Positions 46,997-56,100 of a DNA stretch of 64,000 bases are shown in pieces. The notes under the pieces are model-generated. The model saw only the letters and a program-made list of their open reading frames with translations. It made no database searches and had not been told where the DNA came from. Both the position numbers and the translations under genes were made by a program. Numbering within the stretch: position 1 is the first letter of the stretch; each line of letters begins with the position of its first letter. The DNA is from Candidatus Eiseniibacteriota bacterium (GTDB lineage Bacteria; Eisenbacteria; RBG-16-71-46; SZUA-252). The stretch lies in contig CAVRUU010000003.1 in the NCBI GenBank assembly GCA_963724515.1, positions 315,319 through 379,318 on the forward strand. The letters are read 5' to 3'.

Positions 46997-47071
46997 ACGC
47001 CCAACCTCCGTGAATTGACCGCTTCGTGGCCCCCGGATCCCCAGGGGTTGGTGCTACCGCATCCGACATTG

Positions 47072-47102
47072 CAATCGGCAACATGGCGGGAGTTCTTGAG
47101 GG
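47072..47102 (-). promoter_or_regulatory. Putative sigma28 (FliA/WhiG/SigD)-type promoter of pilA
   Basis: CCCTCAAG-N15-GCCGATTG; a twin motif lies before pilB. Confidence 0.6.
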
Positions 47103-47134
47103 TTGTTCTGACCCGGCCCGGACGCCCGCGAGGG

Positions 47135-48352
47135 TCAGTGGCGGAAGACGTTCATGAGGTTCCAGAGAGGGAGAAATACGGCCAGAGCCGTGAAAAGGAC
47201 CGCGGCGCCGAGGATGACGAGGAGCACCGGCTCGATGGCGGTGGACAGGTTCTTGACCGCGTAATCGACGTCCTGGTCATAGTATCGCGAGACCCGGAGC
47301 AGCATCTTGTCGATCGCGCCGGTCTCCTCGCCGACCGCCAGCATCTTGACCACCAGGGGCGGAACGACCTTGCCGCCCCGCAGCGGCTCGGACAGCCCCA
47401 TGCCGGCCACCACGCCGTCCCGCATCTTGTCGATTTCGATCTCCACGATCCGGTTTCCCACCACGCCGCGCACGATGTCGAGCGCCTGGACGATCGGGAT
47501 ACCGCTCGCCAGGAGCGCGGAGAGCACGCGCGAGAAGCGGGACATGATCGTCATGAGGAAGATCGGACCGAAGATCGGGACGGTGATGATGAACCGGTCG
47601 ATCTTCTCGCGACCCTTCTCGGTCCGGCTCCAGACGACCCCGGCCGCCACGGCGCACCCCGCGACGAGGAGGAACGGGATCCAGTATCGCTCGAAGAAGT
47701 CGCTCAACCCGATCAGGACGCGGGTCGGAAGCGGAAGCTGGGCGTCGAATTTCCGGAACAAGGACGCGAACCGGGGCAGCACGAACTTGATCAGGACGAG
47801 GAAAGCGAGCACGAGCTCGCTCACGATCAGCGTCGGGTAGAACGTCGCGGAACGGATCCGCTGCTCCGTCTCGGCCTCGTACTCGAGCAGGCTCGCGACC
47901 CTGTCCAGCATCTGGGCCAGGAGTCCCCCCTCTTCCCCAGCGAAGACCAGGTTCACGTAGATCCGCGGGAAGCACTCCGGCTGCCGCCTCAGCGCTTCCG
48001 TCAGGGTCGAGCCCTGCTCCACGTCGGATCGCACGCGGTCGATGGCCAGCTTCAGCTTGGGATGCGAGGTCTGGGCGTGGAGGATCTCGAGCGAGGAGAG
48101 AATCGGCAGGCCCGAGTCGAGCATGGTCTCGAGCTGGCGCGTGAAGAGAATCAGGTCGCGCGGCGTGACCTTCCTCGTGAGGAAGGGAATCCGATCGGTG
48201 GTGACCTTGGGGGCGCCCTGAGCCTCGAGCCGCACGGGGACGAGCCCCATGTTCCGGACGCGGTCGAGGGCCTGGTCCAGATCGGGCGCGTCGAGGAGCC
48301 CCTGCTGCGCCTCCCCTGCCACGGTTCTCGCGCGGTACCGAAACGCGGGCAC
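47135..48352 (-). CDS. pilC: Type IV pilus/T2SS inner-membrane platform protein (PilC/GspF/MshG)
   Basis: FTRQLETMLDSGLP, AGEEGG, LPLPTR, VGEETG and IEP. Confidence 0.95.
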   Translation of the reverse strand: MPAFRYRARTVAGEAQQGLLDAPDLDQALDRVRNMGLVPVRLEAQGAPKVTTDRIPFLTRKVTPRDLILFTRQLETMLDSGLPILSSLEILHAQTSHPKLKLAIDRVRSDVEQGSTLTEALRRQPECFPRIYVNLVFAGEEGGLLAQMLDRVASLLEYEAETEQRIRSATFYPTLIVSELVLAFLVLIKFVLPRFASLFRKFDAQLPLPTRVLIGLSDFFERYWIPFLLVAGCAVAAGVVWSRTEKGREKIDRFIITVPIFGPIFLMTIMSRFSRVLSALLASGIPIVQALDIVRGVVGNRIVEIEIDKMRDGVVAGMGLSEPLRGGKVVPPLVVKMLAVGEETGAIDKMLLRVSRYYDQDVDYAVKNLSTAIEPVLLVILGAAVLFTALAVFLPLWNLMNVFRH

Positions 48353-48355
48353 GCG

Positions 48356-50074
48356 CTAGCTCCGGACCGGGAAGACGGCCTGGTCTTGGTCCTGGACGTG
48401 GATGTTCTTGCGCGTGACCCGGATGACCTCGGAGAGCGTCGTGACCCCCTGCGCGGCCTTCCGCAGCGCGTCATCGCGCAGGGTCTCCATGCCGCCGCGT
48501 CTCGCGGCTCGCGCGATGTCCTCGGTCGAGGCGCGCGAGACGATCAGGTCTCGGATCTCGTCGGTGACGACCAGCACCTCGAAGATGCCGAGCCGACCCC
48601 GATATCCCGTCTGTCCGCACGCCATGCAGCCCGCACCCTCGACGAAGTCCCCCTTCACGGCCTTGACGCCCAATTCCAGGAGCGCCTCCTCGGGCGGCTC
48701 GCTCGGCCGGCGGCACTTCTCGCACACACGGCGGACCAGCCGCTGCGCCACCACGCCCAGCATCGCGGAGGAGAGGAGGAAGGGCTCGATCTTCATGTCG
48801 AGGAGGCGCGGCATGGCGCCCGCGGCATCGTTCGTATGGAGCGTGGAGAGCACGAGATGCCCGGTGAGCGCGGAGCGGACCGCGATCTCCGCGGTCTCGG
48901 CGTCCCGGATCTCCCCCACCATGATCACGTCGGGGTCCTGGCGGAGGAGCGCGCGCAGGCCGCGCGCGAACGTGAGCCCGACGTCCGGATCGACCTGCGT
49001 CTGTCTGATGGACGGGAGGTGGTACTCCACTGGGTCCTCCAGCGTCACGATGTTCCGCGCGACGGTGTTGATCTGCCCGACGCAGGAATAGAGGGTCGTG
49101 GTCTTTCCGCTCCCGGTGGGGCCGGTGACGAGCACGATTCCGTTCGGCCGCTCGACCATCCGTGAAAGCTCGGCGAGCGGCGCCGGGGCGAGTCCCAGCT
49201 CCGACGTGCTCAGAAGAGCGCTGGACTTGTCCAGGATACGGATGACGACGTTCTCGCCGTGGATGGTTGGAAACGTCGAGACGCGAAGGTCGTATTCCTT
49301 CCCCGAGATCGTGAGCCGCGCGCGGCCGTCCTGGGGAAGCCGCCGCTCCGCGATATCGAGCAGAGCCATGATCTTCACCCGCGATACGACGGAGGGATGA
49401 ATGGATTTCGACTGGATCGATGCTTCGCGCAGAATCCCGTCCACGCGGTAGCGGATCCTCAGATTCGAGTCATCCGGCTCGAAGTGGAGATCGGAGGCGC
49501 CCTCGCGGACCGCCTGGGCCACGACGGCGTTCACGAACCGGATTACAGGGCCGTCCTCTTCCGCGCGGACGACCATGTCCTCGCCGATGATGCCCTGCCT
49601 CTGCCCCTGCTCGCGAACCAGGAGCTCGAGACCGCCCCCAAGCGGGTGATAGCGGTCCACGGCTTCCCGAATGTGGGGCTCCGGGGAGACGACCACCTCG
49701 ACCTCGAGCCCCGTCGCCTGCTTCACCTCGTCGATGGCCACGATGTCGAGCGGGTCGGTCATCGCGATCGTGAGGGTGTTCCCGATCTTGAAGAGCGGGA
49801 CGAGCTTGAACTGGCGCTCGATGCGCTCCGGCACCAGCCGCACGATCTCCGGCTCGAGCACATAGGTAGTGAGGTCCATGCGCGGGATGCCGAGCTGCTC
49901 CTCGTAGTAGTCGAGGATGGCCTCCTCGGAGACCAGATCGAGCCGGAGCAAGACCTCGCGGAGCGCCTGCCCCGTGCGCCGCTGCTCCTCGAGCGCGCGG
50001 GCGAGGCCCTCGCGGGACAGATGTCCCTGCTCTACGAGGCTCTGCCCAAGCGGTTTCCGCCCACCTGCCGACAT
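48356..50074 (-). CDS. pilB: Assembly ATPase PilB/GspE/MshE with an N-terminal MshEN-like domain
   Basis: ASDLHFEP, AERRLPQDG, GPTGSGKTTT, EDPVE, LRQDPD, TGHLVLSTLH and a tetracysteine Zn motif (CEKC, CMAC). Likely ATG 50074. Confidence 0.95.
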   Translation of the reverse strand: MSAGGRKPLGQSLVEQGHLSREGLARALEEQRRTGQALREVLLRLDLVSEEAILDYYEEQLGIPRMDLTTYVLEPEIVRLVPERIERQFKLVPLFKIGNTLTIAMTDPLDIVAIDEVKQATGLEVEVVVSPEPHIREAVDRYHPLGGGLELLVREQGQRQGIIGEDMVVRAEEDGPVIRFVNAVVAQAVREGASDLHFEPDDSNLRIRYRVDGILREASIQSKSIHPSVVSRVKIMALLDIAERRLPQDGRARLTISGKEYDLRVSTFPTIHGENVVIRILDKSSALLSTSELGLAPAPLAELSRMVERPNGIVLVTGPTGSGKTTTLYSCVGQINTVARNIVTLEDPVEYHLPSIRQTQVDPDVGLTFARGLRALLRQDPDVIMVGEIRDAETAEIAVRSALTGHLVLSTLHTNDAAGAMPRLLDMKIEPFLLSSAMLGVVAQRLVRRVCEKCRRPSEPPEEALLELGVKAVKGDFVEGAGCMACGQTGYRGRLGIFEVLVVTDEIRDLIVSRASTEDIARAARRGGMETLRDDALRKAAQGVTTLSEVIRVTRKNIHVQDQDQAVFPVRS

Positions 50075-50145
50075 CGATGCTCCCCGCGTTGTTGAATGGA
50101 AAGAGGATACGGATGCCATCTGGAGACCGGCTTTTCCTTCACCGG

Positions 50146-50176
50146 CTATCGGCTCCTGGAGGAAACATCTGGAGGG
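50146..50176 (-). promoter_or_regulatory. Putative sigma28-type promoter of pilB
   Basis: CCCTCCAG-N15-GCCGATAG. Confidence 0.6.
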
Positions 50177-50195
50177 CAATTGGGCGACGCGGTTG

Positions 50196-51209
50196 TCAGC
50201 GGATCGGGAGCCTCGGCTTCTGACCCGCTTCATCCGGAGCGGGCTCCGGAACCTGGGTGATCTCCGGCACGGCATCCGAGCCCTGAGCGAGGAGCGTGAC
50301 CTCGGCGCGGAAGAAGAACATCGAGCCCCCGGCCGCCGCGATCGGAGGTTCCTCGACCAGGCGCGGGGTCGCGCGGACCGGGGCTGCGGTCGAGTCGAAG
50401 GCCGCGCCGGTCGCCGACGAATCCCCCGGGATCACCGTTGCCTCCGCCTCGGTGGTGTCGGCCGGCGCGGGCGGGCGGACCGCTACCCGCTCCGTGGAAA
50501 CCTCGATGACCGAGCGCGCGTATCCGGTGACCGGGACCGCGGCACTGCGCCACAACGTGTTGGTCATCACGGCACGGTTCACGTAGGTCGTATCGTCCCC
50601 CTGCCAGTCCTGCTTCCCGTACCGGCGCGTCCGCTCGACCGTGCACGGGACGGGGGCCCGGCCGATGCGGAGGGTGTCGGGCGCCAGCGTGTCGGTGGTC
50701 GCGGTGCCTCCGAATTCGATCAAGTCCATCGCGGAGATGTCGTCATCGGCCATCGGGGCTCCTTCCTCCCCGACCGGGTATTCCAACAGCCTCCCGTCGA
50801 TCATGAGCCGCTGGTAGCGGGCGAGCGCGAGGCGCTGTGGCGCGCGTCCCCCCGAATTGCGAGGCGCCGGCCCGCGGGCCGCCGGAGCGAAGAAGCCGCG
50901 CTCGACTCGTGTCTTGGCGCTCTCCGCCGTCCGGAGCTCCAGCCAGACACCGGACTCCGACCCCGAGCCATCGCGCGAGACGACCGCCAGACGCTGCGTG
51001 ACGCGGCGCGGTTGCCGGTTCTTGAACGCGACGTTCACCTGATAGGAGACCCAGCTGCCCGGCTTGACGTCCGCGGGCACCGATAGCGATACCAGCTTCA
51101 GGCTCTGCGCCCGAGCGCTGCCGCTGAAGACCAGGAGGAAGGACAGGATGGAAAGAGCTGCGGTGGCCGAGGCCGGCGCCCGCCCGCGGCTACTGATGCC
51201 AGTGCACAA
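50196..51209 (-). CDS. Hypothetical exported protein
   Basis: 337-aa ORF with a signal-like LSILSFLLVFSGSARA; overlaps the end of the cytochrome gene; start uncertain. Confidence 0.65.
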   Translation of the reverse strand: MCTGISSRGRAPASATAALSILSFLLVFSGSARAQSLKLVSLSVPADVKPGSWVSYQVNVAFKNRQPRRVTQRLAVVSRDGSGSESGVWLELRTAESAKTRVERGFFAPAARGPAPRNSGGRAPQRLALARYQRLMIDGRLLEYPVGEEGAPMADDDISAMDLIEFGGTATTDTLAPDTLRIGRAPVPCTVERTRRYGKQDWQGDDTTYVNRAVMTNTLWRSAAVPVTGYARSVIEVSTERVAVRPPAPADTTEAEATVIPGDSSATGAAFDSTAAPVRATPRLVEEPPIAAAGGSMFFFRAEVTLLAQGSDAVPEITQVPEPAPDEAGQKPRLPIR

Positions 51210-52539
51210 TATGCTTCAGAGCCTCTTCATAGTCGAAGTTCGGGTTCTGCTCGTTCGTGTGACAGGTCAGGCACACGTCAGGACCCACAACGGCCTTGGT
51301 ATCTTCGGCCTCCGGATGCTTCGTACCCATGCCGTGGCAGTTCTCGCACTGGACATTTACCAGATCCGGGGATGCCTGCTTGGTCGCGAACCCGCCGGGC
51401 TGCCCGTAGCCGACGACGTGGCAGGGCAGGCACTCGGGGCTCGAGTCGCGCTGGTTCTTCGTCAGGGTCGCGAACGCGCGCGCGTGCTGCTGGCTGGAGT
51501 ACATCTGGTACTCGGCCTCGTGGCAGCGGCGGCAGTTCTTCTCGCCGAGGAAGTGGTCCCCGGTGAGGGGCGTGGCGGTCGCCTGCGCGGCGGCCGGGTC
51601 CTCGCTCGGAGCTTGGGCGAAGCGCCGGTTCATCTCGTCGTTGAAGTCGTCGACCGTGCGGTTCATCTCATCGTCCGCCGGTACCTTGTCGTCCAGCGTC
51701 ACGACTTCCCCGTCGTAGGAGACGATCTTGCCGTCCTCGTAGACCAGGTGGATGCCGGGGATGTACTGCCCGCGCTCGCCGGGACGCGCGTTGATCACGC
51801 CGTTGGTCTTCGTGATCTCCCGGAAGAGACCGGGCTGGTGCCCGAACACCATGACATCGATTCCGGGCGCATCGAGCGTCAGCCGCTGCCCCTCCGTCAG
51901 GCCGAGGTGCGACAGGAGCACGACGATGTCGGCCTTCTTGCGCAGCTCGGGCAGGAGCGCCTTCGCGGTGGCGACAGGATCCTTGATCTCGAGCGCGCGC
52001 TCGCTCGAGAGGGTGCGGACCTTCATATCCTTCCCGATGAGCCCGAAGAATGCCACGCGCGCGCCGCACAGCCTCCTGATGACGTAGGACTTGACGAAGG
52101 GCTTCTTGGTATCCGCGTACACGAGATTCGCCGAGACCACGTCGATCTTCGACTTCTTGAAGGTGTCGAGGAGGAATTGCTGGCCGAAGTTGAATTCGCG
52201 CTCGCCCAGCGTCACGACGTCGTAGCCGAGCTTGTCCATGGCCTGGACCATGAACGCGCTCTTCAGGGAGTCCTGCGTCCCGGCCATGCCGAAGAAGTCA
52301 CCCGCATCCACCCGGAAGTGGTTGGGGAACTTGAGGGCGCCTACCTTGAACTGACTCGCCCTCCGGGCGAGTCCGCCTAGCGGGTGAGCGTGTCAGCCAC
52401 AGGGAGCGAGCTCGCCGTACACATCCGTCGTGGCCTGGAACAGGATGTCGCAGGGCGTGCCCTTTCCCAGAAGCTGCGGGCTCAGGGCTGTAAGCCCCGT
52501 CGCGACAAGAAGAAAGAGCAGGGCGCGAAACCGGGTCAG
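51190..52539 (-). CDS. UshA-like (5'-nucleotidase/metallophosphoesterase-fold) selenoprotein with a CGU motif, fused to a tetraheme c554-like domain
   Basis: ORFs 52393-52596 and 51190-52311 are in frame and separated only by TGA 52393-52395: ...TTDVYGELAPCG-U-HAHPLGGLARRAS...VDAGD. Four CxxCH motifs (CRRCH, CLPCH, CENCH, CLTCH) and a signal peptide. Probable CTG start at 52539 after GGAGGT. Confidence 0.88.
52353..52373 (-). promoter_or_regulatory. Putative bacterial SECIS element
   Basis: Perfect hairpin GACUCGCCC-GGA-GGGCGAGUC beginning 19 nt after the UGA, with a G-rich apical loop. Confidence 0.75.
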
Positions 52540-52582
52540 TTTGTATTCACCTCCGTTCTGGTTCAGATGGGAGCACTCGAAA

Positions 52583-52612
52583 ACTATACCCCGCAAAAGC
52601 CGGCCGGTTCAA
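52583..52612 (-). promoter_or_regulatory. Putative sigma70 promoter of the selenoprotein-cytochrome gene
   Basis: TTGAAC-N18-TATAGT. Confidence 0.5.
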
Positions 52613-52645
52613 GCCTCTGGCGGCGCGCCCGCCCGAAACGCGGAA

Positions 52646-52673
52646 GGAGCGGGTAGGCGATCCTACCCGCTCC
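52646..52673 (-). terminator. Hairpin terminator after HU
   Basis: GGAGCGGGTAGG-ATCG-CCTACCCGCTCC (12-bp stem) with a weak U tail. Confidence 0.65.
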
Positions 52674-52701
52674 CTCGCAAAGCCGATGGTGGAGAATGCC
52701 G

Positions 52702-52992
52702 CTACTTCTTGATGCGATCCTTGAGTGCCTTTCCCGCATGGAACGCCGGGAAGCGGGATGCCGCGATCTTGATGCGTTCTCCGGTCTGGGGATTGCGACC
52801 CTCGCGCGCCTTGCGCTTGCGGGTCTCGAAGGTTCCGAATCCCGTGATCTGAACCTTCTTCCCGGACATGAGAGCTGCCGCGATCAATCCTTCCTTGCCT
52901 GGGGAGAAAAGCGTTTCGACGGCGGCGCGCGCTTCACGTGCCGAAAGACCGGTCTTCCTTGCTACGGTGGCGATGAGTTCGGTCTTGTTCAT
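52702..52992 (-). CDS. hup: DNA-binding protein HU
   Basis: MNKTELI, GFGTF, RKAREGRNPQTGE and PAFHAGKALKD. Confidence 0.97.
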   Translation of the reverse strand: MNKTELIATVARKTGLSAREARAAVETLFSPGKEGLIAAALMSGKKVQITGFGTFETRKRKAREGRNPQTGERIKIAASRFPAFHAGKALKDRIKK

Positions 52993-53030
52993 CTTCGTCT
53001 CACCTCCTCTCGGCTGAACGACGCGCGTGA

Positions 53031-53059
53031 AACGTACGCCGCACCCTGAGGGGTGTCAA
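53031..53059 (-). promoter_or_regulatory. Putative sigma70 promoter of hup
   Basis: TTGACA-N17-TACGTT. Confidence 0.6.
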
Positions 53060-53103
53060 ATGGATTCAAAGGGGATTCGTGATGCCAACGCGGTTTTTCT
53101 TGA

Positions 53104-56100
53104 CTAGAACCTGTTCTCGATTCCGCCGAAGCCGCGCAACCCGCGCGACCCTTGTTCGTAATAGACCTCCGGGAGATTCTTCACGTTGATCTTGAAGTAG
53201 TACTCGGTGATCCCGCCGGAAATCGCCCGTGTGAACTGCGCCTCCCAGCAGTGGAGATCGCGCTTCACTGAGTAGTTCCACGAGACCAGCTTTCGGTCGT
53301 TGAAGTCGTATTGCGCCGCGTAGTCCACGCGCCAGTTCCTCGTCGGATTGATTCCGAACGACCCGTTCCCCGTCGTGCTCGACCGCCACGTCGAGTAACC
53401 GCCCCCCGGAAGCCTCGTGCTGGAGCCGGTGTGACCCACCGAGATGCTCAGAGACCACGGAAGGTCGGAAGGGACCAGCCCGGGCGGCACCCAGCCGGTC
53501 GGCGCGGCCACGGCCGGCGCGAAGGGATCGCCCTCGACGCTCCCTTCCTGGCTCGGTACCCGCCGCACGCCCTGGAAATAGAGCCCGCTCGAGGCGCTGA
53601 AGTTGAGGAGCTTTCCGTCGTAGGGGTTGTGGGCGAAGTGCATGTCGATCGACTTCCTGCCGGCGTTGAGCCGGAGCGTGCTGAACAGATCGGAGAGCGG
53701 CTTCTGCCCGGTCCTCGAGGCGAGGAAGTCGTAGCTCCCCGAGGTCTGGAGAAAAATCAGACTGTTGAGCACCTTGGGCTGCGCCGGGTCTCCCCATTTC
53801 ACGTGCACGTCGTTCTGGAGAGAGAAATTCATGGTGCGCGCCTCCGACGCGCCGAGAGGCGAGACCCCGGACACCCCCGTGAACCGCTGCCTCAGCACGC
53901 CGTTTTGGTCCCGGTAGCTCAGCCCCGGGTACGCCGGCTGATAGGAGAATCCGACGCTCGGCGTGATGACGTGGCGCACGGCGCGCAGCGGGCCCAGCGA
54001 CGGCCGGAACGTCCCGAAGATCGAGGTATTCGCGCTCACGCCGCCGCGCCAGACCCCCGCGCGCTGGTTCCGGTTCCCCGCGGCGTCCTCGCTGTAGAAG
54101 ACCTCCGAGTAGCTCATGCTCGGTGTGATCCGGAGAAACCCCATCAAGGTCCGCACGTCGGCGAGCGTGATGTCGTGGCGCGCGGCGGTCCGCGACGTCT
54201 CGACGTCCGCCAGGCTCACGGTCGTGTCCGTGGGGACTCCGAGGCTGTCGAGCACCACCGTTGTCTCCGGCCGCGACTGGAAGAAGGAGTTGCGCTCGCT
54301 CGACAGCGTCGACGTGAAACTGTATACCGTCGAGGAAAGCCAGGGAAGCCGCGCGCTTTCCTTGCCGCGCGCGAGATGCCCCAGCGGCCGCTGGAACAAC
54401 GAGAACTTCACGGCGGGGAGCTGCTGTCCGATCTCCAGTGTCCCTGGATCCGGATCGAGGTCCTGATTGCGCGTGAGCCCGACGTTGAGCGAGGCGCCGC
54501 TCCATCGCTTGTCGAATGAGAGGTTGGAGCTGAGGTTCCGCTGCACGCGGACGAGGACGGAACGCCCGATCGATTGATCCTTCCGATACTGGCTCGAATT
54601 GGTGAGATTCGCCTGCCCACGAAGGGTCAGATTCGTTCCGAGGGTCTGGATGTGGCGCCCCAGGAGATCCCACCGATTGCTTCCCAGAAGCGAGTGTTCG
54701 AAGGAAGAGTTGATCTCGCCGCTCAGGAGGTAGCGCTTCTGGTAGCGCGTCTGCGAGTGCGCGATCCACCGGTCGTCCTGGTAGTAGTCCCCCCACAGGG
54801 TCGCGTCCAGGTAGTCGCTGATCGCCCAGTAGTAGCCCACGTTTCGGATGAACTTCCCGCCCTGGCTCGAGGAGCCGAACTCGACTTGCGGAAGCTGGAA
54901 GCCGGAATGGCGGCCCGGTCGGATCGGGAAGACATAGAACGGGAGCGCCAGGAGGGGGATGTGCTTGAAGTAGAAGACCACCGGGCGCACGATCACCTTG
55001 TCGCGCAGGAGAATCTTCATGTTGTGGCTTCCGAAATGGTAGTGCGGCTCGTCCAGCTCGCACGTTGTGTAGCTGCCGTTCCTCACGAGGAGCACGTCGT
55101 CCGAGACTTTCCGGATCTGCTCTCCGTAGTAGTAGCCCTTCTCGTAGGTCGTCTTGCCGGAGAAGATCGTGCCGCGCCGGATCGAGAGGTCGTAGGTCAT
55201 GGTCTGGCCCACGATCCGGTCCTTGCCGTCCTGGAGGACGGGGTCTCCCTCCGCCCGCATGCGCTCGGTCTTGGTGTTGAACGCCACCTTCTCCGCGTTC
55301 AGGCGAAGCTCCTTGTACGTCACCTCCGCGACCCCCACCACATCCACTTCGTCCCCATCCACGTCGTAGACGATTTTCCGGCCGCGGTACCGCACCCGCT
55401 CCTCCTGATTCGCGCGGCTCGTGTCCCCCTCCGCCACCATGTAGTACGTGCCTTCGGCCTCGCCCACCACCGTCGCGCGCCGAGCGCGGCCTCCCGCGAA
55501 CTCCACGATGATGCTGTCGCCGCTCGAGAGGTTCCTCCCTCCCTGGGCGCTGTCGGCGCTGCTGGGCCAGTAGACGCTTCGGGCATGGCCCACGACCACG
55601 GCGCGCCGCGTCTCCTCGCCGGGATTCACCAGGGTGACCGTGTCCCCGTACGCCTCGGTCCGTTCGCCGCGGCCGCGCTCCCCCTTCGCCTCGTACCGGA
55701 CCACCGCGTTGGGACGCACCTGGACCGACTGGACCCGGTGCTGCGCGAAGCGGAGGTCCAGGGTGTCCCCGCGGACCTCACCCTCGTCGTCCCACGCGCG
55801 CGGTTTTCCGACGAGGAGCGCCCGATTCTCTCCTTCGTAGAATTCCCCGCGATCCCCGGTCGCGCGCAGCTTGTCGCGCTCCACGAGGACGTTCCCCAGC
55901 GCGAAGACCGCGCGCTTCGCGTTGTCGAACTCCATCGTGACGCCCCGGACGCGGGTGGACTTCCCGCCCGATTCCTCGATCGTCAGCACCGGATCCTGGG
56001 TCGCCCACGCGTAGTTCCTCACCCGGTCGTACCGGATGCGCCCGGCGCGCACCGTCGTGCTCTCCGCGCGGTCCACGGCGACGACGTTCCCCGTGGCCAG

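Noticed and set aside
50080-50195. c-di-GMP-I riboswitch upstream of pilB (GATAGCCGG-like segment)
   Set aside because: The GGCAAAC/GNRA P2 and GCAAAG elements are absent; the segment is better explained as a sigma28-like -10 box.
22201-53103. tRNA-Sec (selC) or other tRNA/rRNA in the intergenic gaps
   Set aside because: I saw no cloverleaf with a TTC(G/A)A T-loop plus acceptor stem in any gap. The Sec machinery, if present, must lie elsewhere.
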